DNA of 64,000 nucleotides from the NCBI GenBank assembly GCA_964187785.1, contig OZ076409.1, forward strand, positions 20,152,001 through 20,216,000, written 5' to 3'. Of the stretch, positions 61,767 through 64,000 are shown in pieces (positions within the stretch are counted from its first letter, which is position 1; each line of letters opens with the position of its first letter). Below the pieces are notes generated by a model, which saw nothing but the letters and a program-made list of their open reading frames with translations, was not told the origin of the DNA and made no database searches. Source of the stretch: Amphiscolops sp. MND2022 (lineage: Eukaryota). Made by a program: the position numbers and the translations under genes.

Positions 61767-64000
61767 CTGGCTCTTATGTGGGCTAGCTGTCAACTTCAGT
61801 GCCAATTTTAAATTTTCATGAAAAGGTCGGGAGAAAAAAAAACAAAAAAACGACACGATTGGATATGTAGTCGAAGTTTTTTTCATACAAATATAAGCTG
61901 CTGCTAGTGTTCTATGAACAGATCAGAAGCGTCTGTGGGTTTTGCAATGAAACAGATTGGCAGCAGCTGCTCCAGCTGGAAATAACGCCGAAATAGCAGA
62001 ACCGAGAATAGGGAGGTAAGTTTTGCGACTTACATAGGTACGTTCAGTGAGTTGTCACAAGGCCCAAAAGTGTTCTCGCATATAGCAGATTTGAAACTCG
62101 GCTATTAAGGGAGGCACCCGAGATCTATGTTATTTGCGGTAAAAGGTGAGGCTCATTTAACACAGAGGCGAAGCCGTGCTTCGCAAACACTTGCGAACTT
62201 TTGAAGAAAACCAAATAAGCAATATCATACGGAAAACCAAGGGTAAAAGGAGATTAAAATTTCATCAATTTTACAGCGCCAAAAAATACCCGAAGGTACG
62301 CGTAAGTCTCGAAAACCATTCTTCCCCAACTGAAAACAGCAAAAAAAAACCATTCTTTCTCAACGGAAAACCTTAAACAGAAAATAGAAGAAAAAAATTT
62401 CAACATTTTTCGAAAACATTTTTGATGGTCTCCGGTAAGTCGCAAAGCCTTGAGGAGTCCTCTCGCAAAACGTTTCGTTTCTTGTAAAAATTGAGCAGGG
62501 GCTTCGGTGAAAACAAATTTTAAAAAAGTCACATAGAAAAAAGATCGGTCTTTAAAAACGGTCTTTTAAAACTAAAAATTGAGAAAAAACTTTCCGAATT
62601 TTTTTGAAGTTTCCGCTAAGTCGCATAGTGCCGAAAAATGTGAAAAAGGGACCCTTTAGGATTTTATAACATTCGTTCTGTTGCAAGATATCAAAAAATT
62701 GAAAGGAAGACTCTTTGGGGACATTTAAAAAATTTCGAAAAACTCTCACAAAGCCGAAAAAAAGTCTCACAAAGCCGAAAAGTCTCATAGTGCCGAAAAA
62801 AGTCAGAACCTTCTGCCTCAGAATACTTGTAAAAAAATAGCGCATACCCACGGGTTCGAACACGAAACCTCTGGGTTGAAAAGCAAGCATCTTACCACTA
62901 GACCACGAACGCGTGAAACGTGCGAGTTGCCGCGTGAAATCAGAGAGTTGTCGCGCGGAAAAAAAAGCACCCGCACTTTCCCATAACACTTGCTTATCGC
63001 AAGTGTAATAAATATATTTATTTAGAGAATTTTTTGTTTCGTCGAAATTTTTAGTGGTCATTTCTGACCTAGAAATTGACACCATTAGACATCAATCAAA
63101 TTGAAATCGGCTATCGGCGCTCAGCTATTTAAAATACAAATTCACAAAACCTCACTACTTCAGATAGTGTTCAGAATTGTTCAACTTTTTTGCAAGAGTG
63201 CAAACGCAGTAAGTTTAACGGAAAGCCAACTTTTGATCTAAAGTGTTTATTACTTGAATTGAGACTATACGTTTTCGCTTCGACACAGGATATCAGTAAG
63301 TTATACTGTGTTCGCTCCTCCAAAGGTAGCTAGAAAGCTCGCAAGGAAGTAGTAGTAAGTCAATAGAAAGCACTTGCTTTTTGCCAAAGTTTTACTTTCA
63401 CTTACTTTAAACCCCGCTATAAACAACCGACGTGGCTTAGATGTTCAGTCACTTTGAGGCTGTTTCTTTTCCGTTGATTGATTCGAAATCCAGCGAGGTT
63501 CGTGAAACTCTTTTTGAAAAGTCAGTTTAACCAAGCGTGCTAGTTATCATTCCATTTCATAATTTGACACCATAAGCAATTTCCAAAAAGAAAATGGCAA
63601 CTCAGATTTGCGAAATAAAACATTTTCTACATTAACATTTGATTAAGTTGGTTATGTTAGTCCGTTACCTCCTTTTTGCGAATTCAACGTTGCAAAGAAA
63701 AGGTTTTCCTAAAAACATTCTGTAACAGGATACGAAAATTCGGCGGTACCAGTGCGCATCTTGTAAAACATCGTCTTAATTCACGGGTTCATAGCGTCTT
63801 CTAGCGGTGGAAAACAAGGAACCATGTGGTAAATTGAAGTAATTCAGTACTTGAGTCGCATCTGACAGGTGGATTACAATTCTGCGTCTATGATCTGTGT
63901 CAAAATTGCACAACGAAGTAAGTATAAGATTCCACAACAATTTAATTCCATTTGAACTGAGACCAACAAATCAGTATTTCATTTTAGATTTATATACTTT

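Overview
This is AT-rich, repeat-dense eukaryotic (animal-like) genomic DNA with spliceosomal introns, not prokaryotic DNA; the taxon cannot be established from sequence alone. One minus-strand host gene spans most of the window. It is an RNI-like leucine-rich-repeat gene (LRRC74-like) with seven small exons at 2595-16768, probably joined to a 1.7 kb low-complexity exon at ~46520-48210 across a ~30 kb intron. That intron holds the main feature, a structurally complete but frameshifted 18,993 bp Ty3/Gypsy LTR retrotransposon (22078-41070, minus strand, ~725 bp LTRs about 96% identical). Its architecture is unusual: a ~2.7 kb leader, a tRNA-Arg-like PBS set 16 nt away from the LTR, a tandem (degenerate + active) aspartic protease, a dUTPase-like spacer, a Pol extension ending in a divergent TARG1/OARD1-type macrodomain, and a ~4.1 kb non-env ORF3 with an SGNH/GDSL-like domain. 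It is the innermost layer of a four-level nest (MITE > MITE > Helentron-like element > LTR element). Also present: a second, decayed Gypsy element, many Helentron-associated (HINE/DINE-1-like) repeats, several MITEs with clear TSDs, a tRNA-derived SINE, a 99 bp tandem array and a ~2.9 kb tandem duplication. All domain calls are motif recognition by eye, not database results.
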